IMG/VR virus record: IMGVR_UViG_3300025789_000018
Length of the DNA stretch: 64,000 nt
Direction: 5' to 3' (one strand)
From: a virus
Taxonomy: Duplodnaviria > Caudoviricetes
A program made the position numbers and the translations under genes. The notes under the pieces were generated by a model. That model saw nothing but the letters and a program-made list of their open reading frames with translations. It made no database searches and had not been told where the DNA came from. Shown one piece after another: positions 36,386 to 45,002 of the stretch (positions are counted from its first letter, which is position 1; each line of letters starts with the position of its first letter).

Positions 36386-36559
36386 TCATTGATTCCAAGC
36401 AAAGTCGCCATTAGTGGCATCGTAGTGTGCTGCATGATGCTTTATTACATCATTCTTCCAGGTGTTAGTAACAAGACCAAATGCGATAGCATATCCTACT
36501 AGTACACCGATTAAAAGATATACAACACAAATACCAAAGCCGCCATCATCCGTTTTCAT
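36386..36559 (-). CDS. Small membrane protein (57 aa, not in ORF track)
   Basis: MKTDDGGFGICVVYLLIGVLVGYAIAFGLV...; GGAGA RBS; fills the gap between ORFs. Confidence 0.55.
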   Translation of the reverse strand: MKTDDGGFGICVVYLLIGVLVGYAIAFGLVTNTWKNDVIKHHAAHYDATNGDFAWNQ

Positions 36560-36595
36560 TACACATTCTCCATCAATATACTTTAAGTTATCGGA

Positions 36596-36808
36596 TTACT
36601 CTCCTGGAATCCTGTACCAGTCAATGACTAGATCAAACGCATCAATGGCTTTCTGGATTTCAATATCATCTGCTTCTGAATCACCAAAGACAAACACGCT
36701 GTTATTTGCGCCTAGGTCTTGCGCAAGACTGTCTCGGGTCTCTTCAAGAGACTTCCATACAATCCGATCAAGTTGCTCATACGATAGTTCAACAGTCTTA
36801 TATGACAT
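36596..36808 (-). CDS. Hypothetical protein
   Basis: ORF coupled to its neighbours. Confidence 0.55.
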   Translation of the reverse strand: MSYKTVELSYEQLDRIVWKSLEETRDSLAQDLGANNSVFVFGDSEADDIEIQKAIDAFDLVIDWYRIPGE

Positions 36809-37062
36809 TATACTTCAACCTTTCTATAGCGGGCATATGTACCATCGGTATGTTCTACCATGATTTCAACATGATTGTCAACAGTATTTTGACCAATAAT
36901 ATGCCCGATAGGGTTATTATTATCATGTGTCATACTAGCAGCATCAAAGCCTTCATTCCAAGCAGCATCCAACGTTAGATGTCGCTTAAAGATATACACG
37001 AACATGGCCAACATTAAAACGGCTGGTAGAGACACCAGCAAGTCTGGAACACTACAAGACAT
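36808..37062 (-). CDS. Hypothetical membrane-anchored protein
   Basis: N-terminal hydrophobic helix. Confidence 0.5.
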   Translation of the reverse strand: MSCSVPDLLVSLPAVLMLAMFVYIFKRHLTLDAAWNEGFDAASMTHDNNNPIGHIIGQNTVDNHVEIMVEHTDGTYARYRKVEV

Positions 37063-37065
37063 ACT

Positions 37066-37311
37066 TCAACCTTCCATATCTACAGTTGGTACAGTTTGCC
37101 ATTCCATAGAACTAACAACTTTATCGCCTACTACACTGTTAACGTGTACTTTGATTTGGATTTCAGTTCGACCTGTATACTCTTTTTGGTTCACAGCACC
37201 TTGAGTAGTTGACACGAATCGATTCTTATAGAAACGCACAACTCGCATATTATCAACCACGGCCAATCTCCTTCTTGTATTGGGCGAGGGCGGAATGCCA
37301 GTTTCCACCAC
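37066..37311 (-). CDS. Hypothetical protein (true start possibly 37248)
   Basis: ORF in leftward cluster. Confidence 0.45.
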   Translation of the reverse strand: MVETGIPPSPNTRRRLAVVDNMRVVRFYKNRFVSTTQGAVNQKEYTGRTEIQIKVHVNSVVGDKVVSSMEWQTVPTVDMEG

Positions 37312-37519
37312 AGTGTTCTTTTACTACGCAGACAGTCTTAAGTATCCGCTTCAAAGCTTCCTCGTCAGGATCAACAGGTGGCTGCTCGTACTTCACGATC
37401 ATGCGGGCGAGGACAGTCACTGGGTCATCATATATGATGTACCAGTTGTTGCTAACCTGGTCGTTCAGCATTTTAACTGCTCGCTGGCGGGCCCACAATG
37501 GAATATTTTCATCAGTCAT
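37253..37519 (-). CDS. Hypothetical protein
   Basis: Start at MTDENIPLW with GGAG RBS. Confidence 0.55.
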   Translation of the reverse strand: MTDENIPLWARQRAVKMLNDQVSNNWYIIYDDPVTVLARMIVKYEQPPVDPDEEALKRILKTVCVVKEHCGGNWHSALAQYKKEIGRG

Positions 37520-37533
37520 TTTTATAAACTCCG

Positions 37534-37602
37534 TATAAATAGAAGTGTCTGTCGCGATACTCCAATATCCACAGACTCTAACGCTAAACAGGAGCATCAG
37601 CT
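37534..37602 (+). promoter_or_regulatory. Late promoter plus conserved structured leader (copy 2)
   Basis: TATAAATA; GTCTGT/ACAGAC stem, CGC bulge, GATA/TATC; TCTAACGCTAAACAGGAGCATCAGCTATG. Confidence 0.8.
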
Positions 37603-38124
37603 ATGAATATATATCTTTATATCAAACAATGTACACATTGTCAACTAAAATATTTTGGTAAAACATCACAATCAAATCCTTATGAATATAAAGGATCAGG
37701 AAAGAGATGGCGTAATCACCTAAAGAAACACAAAGCATCTGTTATAACACTTGAAGTTTTTTCATTTGATAATGAACAAGATGCTAAAGAGTTTGCTCTA
37801 GCGTTTTCTAGAGAACACTCAATAGTAGAATCTAAAGAGTGGGCAAATCTTATAGAAGAAGACGCACTCTGTGGTGGATCAAGACCATATAATAAAGAAG
37901 CAAACAAGAAAAACTCTAAACTGGGTGGATTTGCTAAAGCGGCAAAAGGATATCCAGTTTGGAACAAAGGTCTAAAGACTGGTCCAGATTCAGAAGAAAC
38001 TAAAAGAAAAAAGAGCGCCAGTAGAACTGGCAACCGACGCTCTTATAGAGAAGATGGAACTTGGTTTTGGATCAAACCAACTCTGCCATCTCCACAGCAA
38101 GATTCAACGCTTGGACTTTCTTAG
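37603..38124 (+). CDS. GIY-YIG (Seg-like) homing endonuclease
   Basis: IYLYIKQC..C.LKYFGKT, YKGSG..W..H.KKH, WANL..E; NUMOD3-like WNKG tail. Confidence 0.85.
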   Translation: MNIYLYIKQCTHCQLKYFGKTSQSNPYEYKGSGKRWRNHLKKHKASVITLEVFSFDNEQDAKEFALAFSREHSIVESKEWANLIEEDALCGGSRPYNKEANKKNSKLGGFAKAAKGYPVWNKGLKTGPDSEETKRKKSASRTGNRRSYREDGTWFWIKPTLPSPQQDSTLGLS

Positions 38125-39049
38125 TTTGGTTTACACCATACCAAGATGAGGCGAGTCGCGTATCTGCGCTTCGGCCGAGTACATGGTCAGTCAGATAAGT
38201 GACCGCGTTATAGGCTTGCCAGAAAGTGCCTTCTGCAAACTGTGCGCCAGGCTGTTCATGGAGTGCTTCCATCGCAAACTGTGCAGCACGGCTGTGCAAC
38301 TGACCAGCGTTCTCAATAGCAGAGTTCTTCTTATCAGAGGTCTTGGGGAAGATACGATTGAAGTATTCAACGATGTTTTCGTTGCTGTACTTCTTGGTGC
38401 CGAGAAAGGCTGCCATTTCCTTATACTTAGCAAGCTTATCACTAGCAATACCGAGAGTTTCCTTGACCATATCAGGATCAAACTCACGGCGGTGATTGAT
38501 CTTCACCATGTTAGAAGCCTTACCACCAAGGGCAAGTGTCAGAGTGTTATTGCAGACAACACGAATGGGAGTAAAACGAACGTCAATCGACTTACCATAC
38601 TGATGAGGATTGCTGAAGAGCAGGAAGCCTTCAACCTTGTCTCCACCAAACAGTTCAAATGAGTCGTTGATCTTTGCAAGACCCCAGACCATCTTGCCGT
38701 CCATCAGAGAACCAGCAGTGTGCATGGACATATCGCCAGCACCAACAAAATCATTGAAGAAGCGAAATGCTTCCACATTCTGAAGTGGATTCCAGTCATC
38801 CGTGATAACGTCAAGCACCTTGCTATCGCTGCTACGGATCAGAGCAGAGTGACCAGTGTTGATCTTCTGACCGTTATACATTGCAGGAAGAGGAACAGTG
38901 TCAACTGTCCAGTCAAGCCGAGCAGCTTCCATCATCTGTTCAGGAGTGAGGTCATTAGAGACCTTGAAGCCGAGACCGTGCCAGGGCAGATCGCCAGCGT
39001 ATGCATGACTAAAAGATCCATCAGAAAGTTGTTCAATCATATGTGCCAT
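38072..39049 (-). CDS. DUF932-family protein
   Basis: PWHGLG, PLQN.EAF.FF, TAGSL.DG..VW.LA, TPIRVVC.NTL. Confidence 0.9.
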   Translation of the reverse strand: MAHMIEQLSDGSFSHAYAGDLPWHGLGFKVSNDLTPEQMMEAARLDWTVDTVPLPAMYNGQKINTGHSALIRSSDSKVLDVITDDWNPLQNVEAFRFFNDFVGAGDMSMHTAGSLMDGKMVWGLAKINDSFELFGGDKVEGFLLFSNPHQYGKSIDVRFTPIRVVCNNTLTLALGGKASNMVKINHRREFDPDMVKETLGIASDKLAKYKEMAAFLGTKKYSNENIVEYFNRIFPKTSDKKNSAIENAGQLHSRAAQFAMEALHEQPGAQFAEGTFWQAYNAVTYLTDHVLGRSADTRLASSWYGVNQTKKVQALNLAVEMAELV

Positions 39050-39133
39050 AGTATATTTCCTTTCACAACATCATTGTTGATATATTCTTATTACAACATT
39101 TTAGAAAAAATGTCAACCAAAAAATCAATCTTA

Positions 39134-39200
39134 TATAAATAAAATGTCTGTCACGGTATCCCCATACCCACAGACTCTAACGCTAAACAGGAGCATCAGC
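39134..39200 (+). promoter_or_regulatory. Late promoter plus conserved structured leader (copy 3)
   Basis: TATAAATA; GTCTGT/ACAGAC, CAC bulge, GGTAT/ATACC; TCTAACGCTAAACAGGAGCATCAGCATG. Confidence 0.8.
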
Positions 39201-39707
39201 ATGTCTATTTATCACACACATCACATTGTCCCTCGCCATATGGGAGGCACAGACGATCCTTCAAATCTTGTCAGATTGACGATTGAAGAACACGCGGAAG
39301 CGCATAAAAAGTTGTATGAGGAATACGGCAAAGAAGAGGATAGGATTGCTTGGTTAGCCTTGTCTGGCCAGATTACTCTCTCTGAGGCATCTAAAATGGC
39401 TCATATTCTAGGTTCTTACAAAGGTGGATATGCGAAGAAACCCAACAAAGTACCAGCGCACAATAAAATAGATTGTTATTGCGTTGGTTGTAGAAAAAGA
39501 ATGAAACCTTCAGAGAAGGGTCACAAACTTTGTTTTAAAAAAGCATATGGTTTAGAGAGAACGCCAAACTCTTCTTTTTTCACATCAGAAAACGGTAAAG
39601 ATATATCTAAAAGAAACAATGCCACCTCTACTTGTCCACACTGCAATAAACAAGGTCAATATAGAGCAATGAAAAGATGGCATTTTGATAAATGTAAAGC
39701 GAAATGA
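39201..39707 (+). CDS. HNH (Mob-like) homing endonuclease (probable start 39201)
   Basis: HTHHIVPRHMGG.D...NLV.LT.EEH..AH; C-terminal CPHC...KRWHF.KCK. Confidence 0.85.
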   Translation: MSIYHTHHIVPRHMGGTDDPSNLVRLTIEEHAEAHKKLYEEYGKEEDRIAWLALSGQITLSEASKMAHILGSYKGGYAKKPNKVPAHNKIDCYCVGCRKRMKPSEKGHKLCFKKAYGLERTPNSSFFTSENGKDISKRNNATSTCPHCNKQGQYRAMKRWHFDKCKAK

Positions 39708-39713
39708 TTCGCT

Positions 39714-39959
39714 TTAAAATGTCAATGAAAAGTTTTCGTCATTCAAAATAAATGCGTGATCGTCGGTGTCGCCAGGAAACTCTTCAAACCAAACGATAGG
39801 GATAAACTCGTATCCGTCATGTTCGACACCGATCTTGCGAATCGTTACCCTCTTATCAAGAGTAGGACCTGGAATATCATACCCAGTTTTCTCATCAACC
39901 CACTCATCAACGTTGCAAAGCAAAGTTTGACCAACTTCAATGTTCTTAATCATAATCAA
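39714..39959 (-). CDS. Hypothetical early protein
   Basis: Follows an early promoter cassette. Confidence 0.6.
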   Translation of the reverse strand: MIMIKNIEVGQTLLCNVDEWVDEKTGYDIPGPTLDKRVTIRKIGVEHDGYEFIPIVWFEEFPGDTDDHAFILNDENFSLTF

Positions 39960-40017
39960 ATCACCTTTCTCACTGTCTATATTTTCATCATAACAGATTC
40001 GCGATAAATGTCAACCA

Positions 40018-40872
40018 CTATTTGCAGCAGGTGACTTTCGCCATCGACATCCACTTGGGGCTGTTCATGTTGCGGATTCCTGCAACCTTGAGAACCATAC
40101 GCAGCGAAAGTTCACGCATGGTGTTTTGATGCGTTTCAATGAAAGACACAACATCGACCTGTGCGGCCTTTGCGATACCTTCACGATCAAGCATACCCTT
40201 ATCAAGGACTTGCTTGATGCGGATCATATAGTCACGCTTAGTCTTCATCGTAAGATCGATATAATGCGAACGAGAAATCATAGCGTTCATATGAGGAGCC
40301 AACTTGTGGCCTTTGCCAATCATAGCATCAAAGTCAAGATTGGTAATGAAAATGATAGTACCTTCAAACTCAAAACTCTTGGGCATGACAGTCATATCGG
40401 TTTCATCGATCAGAGTACCTTCCGTCATGTAACTAATACGACGGACTTTATTGCTGTCACAAGCAGCTTTAAGAAGATTGAGTGAAATATCATCAAAGAA
40501 GATAGCATCGGCATCATCGAAAACCAAAACTTTGCCTTGATCTTTATGTTGAAAGAGCAAGCGATACAAAGATGGCGCTTTCAGATGACCCTTAACAATC
40601 GTATGATTTTCTTCGGAAGCATCCCATCCTTTGAGTGCTTCCTCTACGGTAAAAGACTTACCAAGACCAGCAGGACCAGATACGATCAAAGCGCGAATAT
40701 CACCCTTGATCGCAGCATGAGTCATTTCATCCAGAATATCAAAACGTTCGAGGATGCGTTCTGAAATCTCAGCATCAGTCTCGACAATCTTTTGAATGTT
40801 GACTTCGCTGATATCGCGAATCTTGACCTTAGAAGTTTTACGAAACCCAGCTTTAGGAACACCACGAGGCAT
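40018..40872 (-). CDS. AAA+/P-loop ATPase conserved in T4-like phages
   Basis: Walker A SGPAGLGKS, Walker B LVFDD.D, IIFITN, SRS. Confidence 0.8.
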   Translation of the reverse strand: MPRGVPKAGFRKTSKVKIRDISEVNIQKIVETDAEISERILERFDILDEMTHAAIKGDIRALIVSGPAGLGKSFTVEEALKGWDASEENHTIVKGHLKAPSLYRLLFQHKDQGKVLVFDDADAIFFDDISLNLLKAACDSNKVRRISYMTEGTLIDETDMTVMPKSFEFEGTIIFITNLDFDAMIGKGHKLAPHMNAMISRSHYIDLTMKTKRDYMIRIKQVLDKGMLDREGIAKAAQVDVVSFIETHQNTMRELSLRMVLKVAGIRNMNSPKWMSMAKVTCCK

Positions 40873-40929
40873 AACGAATCACTTTCTCTCTCTGACTACT
40901 TTTTCATCATAGCTGATTCGATAAAAATG

Positions 40930-41421
40930 TCAACCTTTTATACCAAGCGCCTTGCGACCAGGAGACATGTAATCTTTTTCAACATTTGTTTTATATGCAT
41001 GACAGCACTTGCAAAGTGTCTGACAGTTATCTTCAGTGTTGTGTGATGGATTGCCATCTTTGTGATCGACATCAAGCATACCATCCCAGATGATCGTGGT
41101 CGTGCAAGTAAATCCCAATCGACCGTCGATGTTTTCACAATAAGTTTTACGAAACTTACGGTAAGGATGAAAAGAGTTCGTAAACTGAGTTACATTATCA
41201 AACCCTGCTTTCTTTGCCATAACCTGCAGGATATTATCGAGACCATGCTGACTTGCTGTGTGTTTACTATGACATTTAGCGCAACGTTTCCGAAAGATTG
41301 GATATCCATCTTTTCGATATCGACCACAGTGTTGGCCAGTTTTGTTGCAACCATCAACGACGCACTTTGGCCTTTCGCTAATGTGAATAATCTTCTTTAT
41401 GACACTAGAACTAGCATTCAT
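40930..41421 (-). CDS. Zinc-binding HNH nuclease-like protein
   Basis: CxxxxC/CxxCH and LDVDHKDGN..HN...N.QTLCKCCH..KT. Confidence 0.8.
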   Translation of the reverse strand: MNASSSVIKKIIHISERPKCVVDGCNKTGQHCGRYRKDGYPIFRKRCAKCHSKHTASQHGLDNILQVMAKKAGFDNVTQFTNSFHPYRKFRKTYCENIDGRLGFTCTTTIIWDGMLDVDHKDGNPSHNTEDNCQTLCKCCHAYKTNVEKDYMSPGRKALGIKG

Positions 41422-41489
41422 AACGAATCACTTTCTCTCTCTGACTACTTTTTCATCATAGCTGATTCGATAAAAATGTCAAGCTTGCA

Positions 41490-42353
41490 TCAAAAGTTTT
41501 TTATCAAACATTCGGTGACTTTCACCTTTTGACCATCTTTGGCTCCTCGGCCTGCGGTGTATGTCACATCAAAAAGCAAAGGAGAAAACGAATCGATCAG
41601 TTTTGATTCGAAAAAGTTGTCATAATGATACTTGTTAGCCATCGCAACAAAAGCGCCAGCATTCGCTGCATTGTTCATCATATTGCACAGACGTTCTTGA
41701 TCATAATCATCAAAAGCATTTTTTGTGTACTTCGTAAAGCAATCGCGATATGGAGGATCAAGAAACACATACGTGTCTTGATTGACATATTTGTCAAGGG
41801 TTTCGAAATCGTTTGAATGTAGATTCAGGTTCTGCGAAAAGATATGAAAGGCATTAATGACATCAACATCATAGATTTTTTCACGTTCGTTCAGTAGACC
41901 ACATGGAGTACCAAACTTGTTGTTAGTGTTCTTATTGATTTGCCATATGCCATTAAAAGATGTTTTTAGTAGTGAAAATAGCAATCCAGCCCGCTCGGCG
42001 TCGCTTAGATGATTATATGCATGAATGTTACGTTGTTCATAATAGAATGTTTTTCTGTCTTCTTTGTTCTTCGAAATGTACAAAGACTGATACTGATCAA
42101 CCACCTCAAGAAACTCTTTCTTGTTTGTTTTGATCTGTTTATAGATGTTAATGATATCTTCGTTATAATCGTTCACAAAGAACTCTGTGTTGGGATATCG
42201 ATCAAAGATCCACATACAGACTGCACCAGTACCAAAAAACGGATCGACAAACCTATCAAACTTACTTCCTGGCCAGAAGTCTGATCCATACTTCGATTTC
42301 ATTTTAGTCTTAGCACCAGCCCAACGAAAAAGTGGCTTCAAATCTTTCATCAT
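41490..42353 (-). CDS. Dam-family (D12, alpha-class) N6-adenine DNA methyltransferase
   Basis: LFRWAG.K, motif I DPFFGTGAV, motif IV FLDPPY. Confidence 0.92.
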   Translation of the reverse strand: MMKDLKPLFRWAGAKTKMKSKYGSDFWPGSKFDRFVDPFFGTGAVCMWIFDRYPNTEFFVNDYNEDIINIYKQIKTNKKEFLEVVDQYQSLYISKNKEDRKTFYYEQRNIHAYNHLSDAERAGLLFSLLKTSFNGIWQINKNTNNKFGTPCGLLNEREKIYDVDVINAFHIFSQNLNLHSNDFETLDKYVNQDTYVFLDPPYRDCFTKYTKNAFDDYDQERLCNMMNNAANAGAFVAMANKYHYDNFFESKLIDSFSPLLFDVTYTAGRGAKDGQKVKVTECLIKNF

Positions 42354-42850
42354 ATCTCCAATAGTGATAGTGTTTTATCCATAATAGAAACGATTTCATC
42401 TAAAGTAAAACCGTGCTCGGACATATGAAACTTAAAGTTTTTAGGATACATAATAGTATACTGAGAGGCCAATCTGCCTAATGGTCCATGTGGTACAACA
42501 CCAGAGCCAGAACAAAACGTTACGTATTTGACATTCTGAGATTGCCATTTCGCAAAGTCTGCGTTTTTAACCCATCGCTCTTGAGCGTTTCCTCGCATGT
42601 CTTGTTTCTTTGCTTCGAAGACTGCTACGAGTGTACCATCACTATTATACCAAGCACCACCATCTGGAGCAAAACCCATAACTTTATCTGTTTTGAATAT
42701 CTCTATCTTCTTTTGCTTGCTCATACGTTTCACACACTTCAGGTGTGGATGATTCTTGGCAACAATATCGATAGCAAGCTTACATGTATTGTCTAGAGAC
42801 TTAGACAGAGTATCAAAAGCTGTAGTACCAACTTGTATGCCTCGACTCAT
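42350..42850 (-). CDS. EcoRI/MunI-like PD-(D/E)XK restriction endonuclease-like protein
   Basis: PDGG...VFEAKKQ...GNAQER..KN parallels EcoRI PDGG...AEAKHQ...GNAIERSHKN; 4-nt overlap with the methylase. Confidence 0.65.
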   Translation of the reverse strand: MSRGIQVGTTAFDTLSKSLDNTCKLAIDIVAKNHPHLKCVKRMSKQKKIEIFKTDKVMGFAPDGGAWYNSDGTLVAVFEAKKQDMRGNAQERWVKNADFAKWQSQNVKYVTFCSGSGVVPHGPLGRLASQYTIMYPKNFKFHMSEHGFTLDEIVSIMDKTLSLLEI

Positions 42851-42910
42851 ATCGAATCACCTTATATATCATTTACTACATTACTGATAATATAAGGATT
42901 AGAAAAAATG

Positions 42911-43597
42911 TCAAGTGGTTTTTTGAGGTACCTCGCCTGGTTGCTGAGATTTAATCCATTGCTGACCGACTCTATTTTTCACTGGACCTGTAGCGATCTT
43001 GCGAATCGTTTTGTGAACACCGTGGAGAAGATCCTCGCTGGCATTATTGTTATCAACAATATGCATGTTCTCATTACCGAAGTGATCCTGAAAGTGGCCG
43101 ATGTTGTCCTGGACTTGATTCCACATACGTTCAACGTGATGTGATGGCAATGATCGTTCACGCTCCATATTGCGCTGCTGAGCCACTGGAAGCGAGGTAT
43201 TGACGAACACCATATGTGTATCGTATCCCTGATTGCGTAGCGCCTCCGACTGCGCCTTGATCTTGGCCGCATCTTTCCCAGTACCATCGATTACCATACC
43301 TAGCTTACCTTGTTGATATAGCTTCTGGCGCTTGTTGGTGAGGTCTTTTGCTTTTGCTCTGACTACATCACGTTCTGCTGTTTCATGTTCAGGCATAGTT
43401 GGATCCAAGCCATGTTCTTTCATGCCCTTCTCAAACAGATCATCTGAGTTGACCATTTTGAAGCCTAAGCCGCCCATGGTTTTCTTTGTCACATAAGATT
43501 TGCCAGAACCAGGACCACCAGCAAGAAAGATTGCTTTTAGTTTTGCTGGATCATTAACGCCTTCTTCAAGGTCAACAAAGTCATTGAAACGTAGCAT
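42911..43597 (-). CDS. P-loop kinase (zeta-toxin/AAA_33-like), late-expressed, probable head-packaged protein
   Basis: AIFLAGGPGSGKS, VIDGTG, FV.TSL.VA..RN..R.R; TATAAATA at 43616-43623; N-terminal MLRFNDFVDLEE. Confidence 0.75.
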   Translation of the reverse strand: MLRFNDFVDLEEGVNDPAKLKAIFLAGGPGSGKSYVTKKTMGGLGFKMVNSDDLFEKGMKEHGLDPTMPEHETAERDVVRAKAKDLTNKRQKLYQQGKLGMVIDGTGKDAAKIKAQSEALRNQGYDTHMVFVNTSLPVAQQRNMERERSLPSHHVERMWNQVQDNIGHFQDHFGNENMHIVDNNNASEDLLHGVHKTIRKIATGPVKNRVGQQWIKSQQPGEVPQKTT

Positions 43598-43623
43598 GGA
43601 AACTCCTGTTTTTTATATTTATA

Positions 43624-44235
43624 TTATTTCTTATGCATGACAGCCATGGTCTGCTTCTGCTTCATTAGATCATCATAATCTTTTTCATAAGATTTTGATA
43701 CAGAATCAGGAGATGCTTTCCAGTCGTTTCTGAGATTATAAACATCACGATCAGTGACATAGTTCTCATCATCTTTAGGATCAAGATGAACTGCTTCATC
43801 AGACTTAGGATCATATGCATGAACGTTAATGCTAGGATGCTTGGATGCTTTGTCCCAAACACGTCTAGCGCCATGGGATTGATTCCCTGACGCTAGTATT
43901 TTATTGTGATTTAAGATTAGATGTTGATATAGATGTTCAGCACCTAAGGAGTCTTTGTTTGCATCTAGAAAGTCTACATGCTCTGCACCTTTGGTTCTAT
44001 ACTTTTTAGTAGATAGTGCTATGTTAACTTTGTTTGTTTTAGGGTCAGCGACATAGTATGTGTTTTCTTTTGTGGACAATGGTTTTTGATATACGTGATG
44101 GCCATTCTTAAGGATTCCAATATGTTTGGCCTTTTTAGGTACATCTTTACCAAGTTCATCATGAAAAACATCGCCTACATTGACGCCATTTTGCATGACT
44201 TCTTGTAGACTTCTAATGTCTTTAAACCGAATCAT
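43624..44235 (-). CDS. Late-expressed hypothetical protein, probable head-packaged
   Basis: Late promoter 44262-44269; same RBS (AGGAGTTTCCATG) as its neighbour; MIRFKDIRSLQE N-terminus. Confidence 0.6.
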   Translation of the reverse strand: MIRFKDIRSLQEVMQNGVNVGDVFHDELGKDVPKKAKHIGILKNGHHVYQKPLSTKENTYYVADPKTNKVNIALSTKKYRTKGAEHVDFLDANKDSLGAEHLYQHLILNHNKILASGNQSHGARRVWDKASKHPSINVHAYDPKSDEAVHLDPKDDENYVTDRDVYNLRNDWKASPDSVSKSYEKDYDDLMKQKQTMAVMHKK

Positions 44236-44261
44236 GGAAACTCCTAAACATTGTTTAGAAG

Positions 44262-44333
44262 TATTTATATAAATAGATGTGGTTCACGATGTTGACGCAT
44301 CTAACCACACTATCGCTAAACAGGAGCAACAGC
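44262..44333 (+). promoter_or_regulatory. Palindromic bidirectional late promoter TATTTATATAAATA plus conserved leader (copy 4)
   Basis: GTGGTT/AACCAC stem, CAC bulge, GATG/CATC; CTATCGCTAAACAGGAGCAACAGCATG. Confidence 0.8.
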
Positions 44334-45002
44334 ATGTCTATTTATCTCTATGTCAAACAATGTCCCCACTGTGGGCTAAAGTATTTTGGTAAAACAGAAC
44401 AAGATCCATATACTTACAACGGATCAGGAAAGATGTGGATTCCACACATCAAGAAACACAAAGTCACACCAAAAACAATAGAACTATATGAGTTTTCTGA
44501 TAAAGAGGAAGCAAAAAAGTTTGCTATAAACTTTTCTAAAGAAAACAGAATAGTAGAATCTAAAGAGTGGTTCAATCTTGTTATAGAACAGTGTGACGGT
44601 GGAGACACCTCGGCTTCTCCAGCATTTCAACGATGGATTGATCAGATAGACATGGCTGGTGAAAAAAATCCTATGTATGGTAGATCAGCAATAACTGAAC
44701 AAAATCTTCGTTGGTATACTAACGGTGAGAACAATCTATATCTTCCTGTCGGCACAGAGATGTTGGGTTATCGCCGAGGAAGAACTATAAAACATAGAAA
44801 ACCACATACACAAGAACATAAAGACAAGATATCTAAAGCAAATACGGGAAAGAAAAGTGTAAATCAAAAAACGTGCATATCACCTGATGGAAATATATAC
44901 GAATCTATCACACAAGCCGCAAACGCACATTCAATGACTGTATCGGCGTTCAGACATAAAATCGAACATAAAGAAAAACATTTGGGTTGGATTATTGTTT
45001 GA
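44334..45002 (+). CDS. GIY-YIG (Seg-like) homing endonuclease (probable start 44334)
   Basis: IYLYVKQC..C.LKYFGKT, Y.GSG..W..H.KKH; GEKNPMYG and HTQEHKDKIS (NUMOD3); C-terminal HTH-like segment. Confidence 0.85.
   Translation: MSIYLYVKQCPHCGLKYFGKTEQDPYTYNGSGKMWIPHIKKHKVTPKTIELYEFSDKEEAKKFAINFSKENRIVESKEWFNLVIEQCDGGDTSASPAFQRWIDQIDMAGEKNPMYGRSAITEQNLRWYTNGENNLYLPVGTEMLGYRRGRTIKHRKPHTQEHKDKISKANTGKKSVNQKTCISPDGNIYESITQAANAHSMTVSAFRHKIEHKEKHLGWIIV

Noticed and set aside
39144-44333. N-terminal extensions of the nucleases from ATGs at 39144 and 44277
   Set aside because: They lie 2-3 nt after the late promoter, at or before the expected start site, with no RBS. The equivalent position in copy 1 is ATG-TGA and in copy 2 is out of frame.
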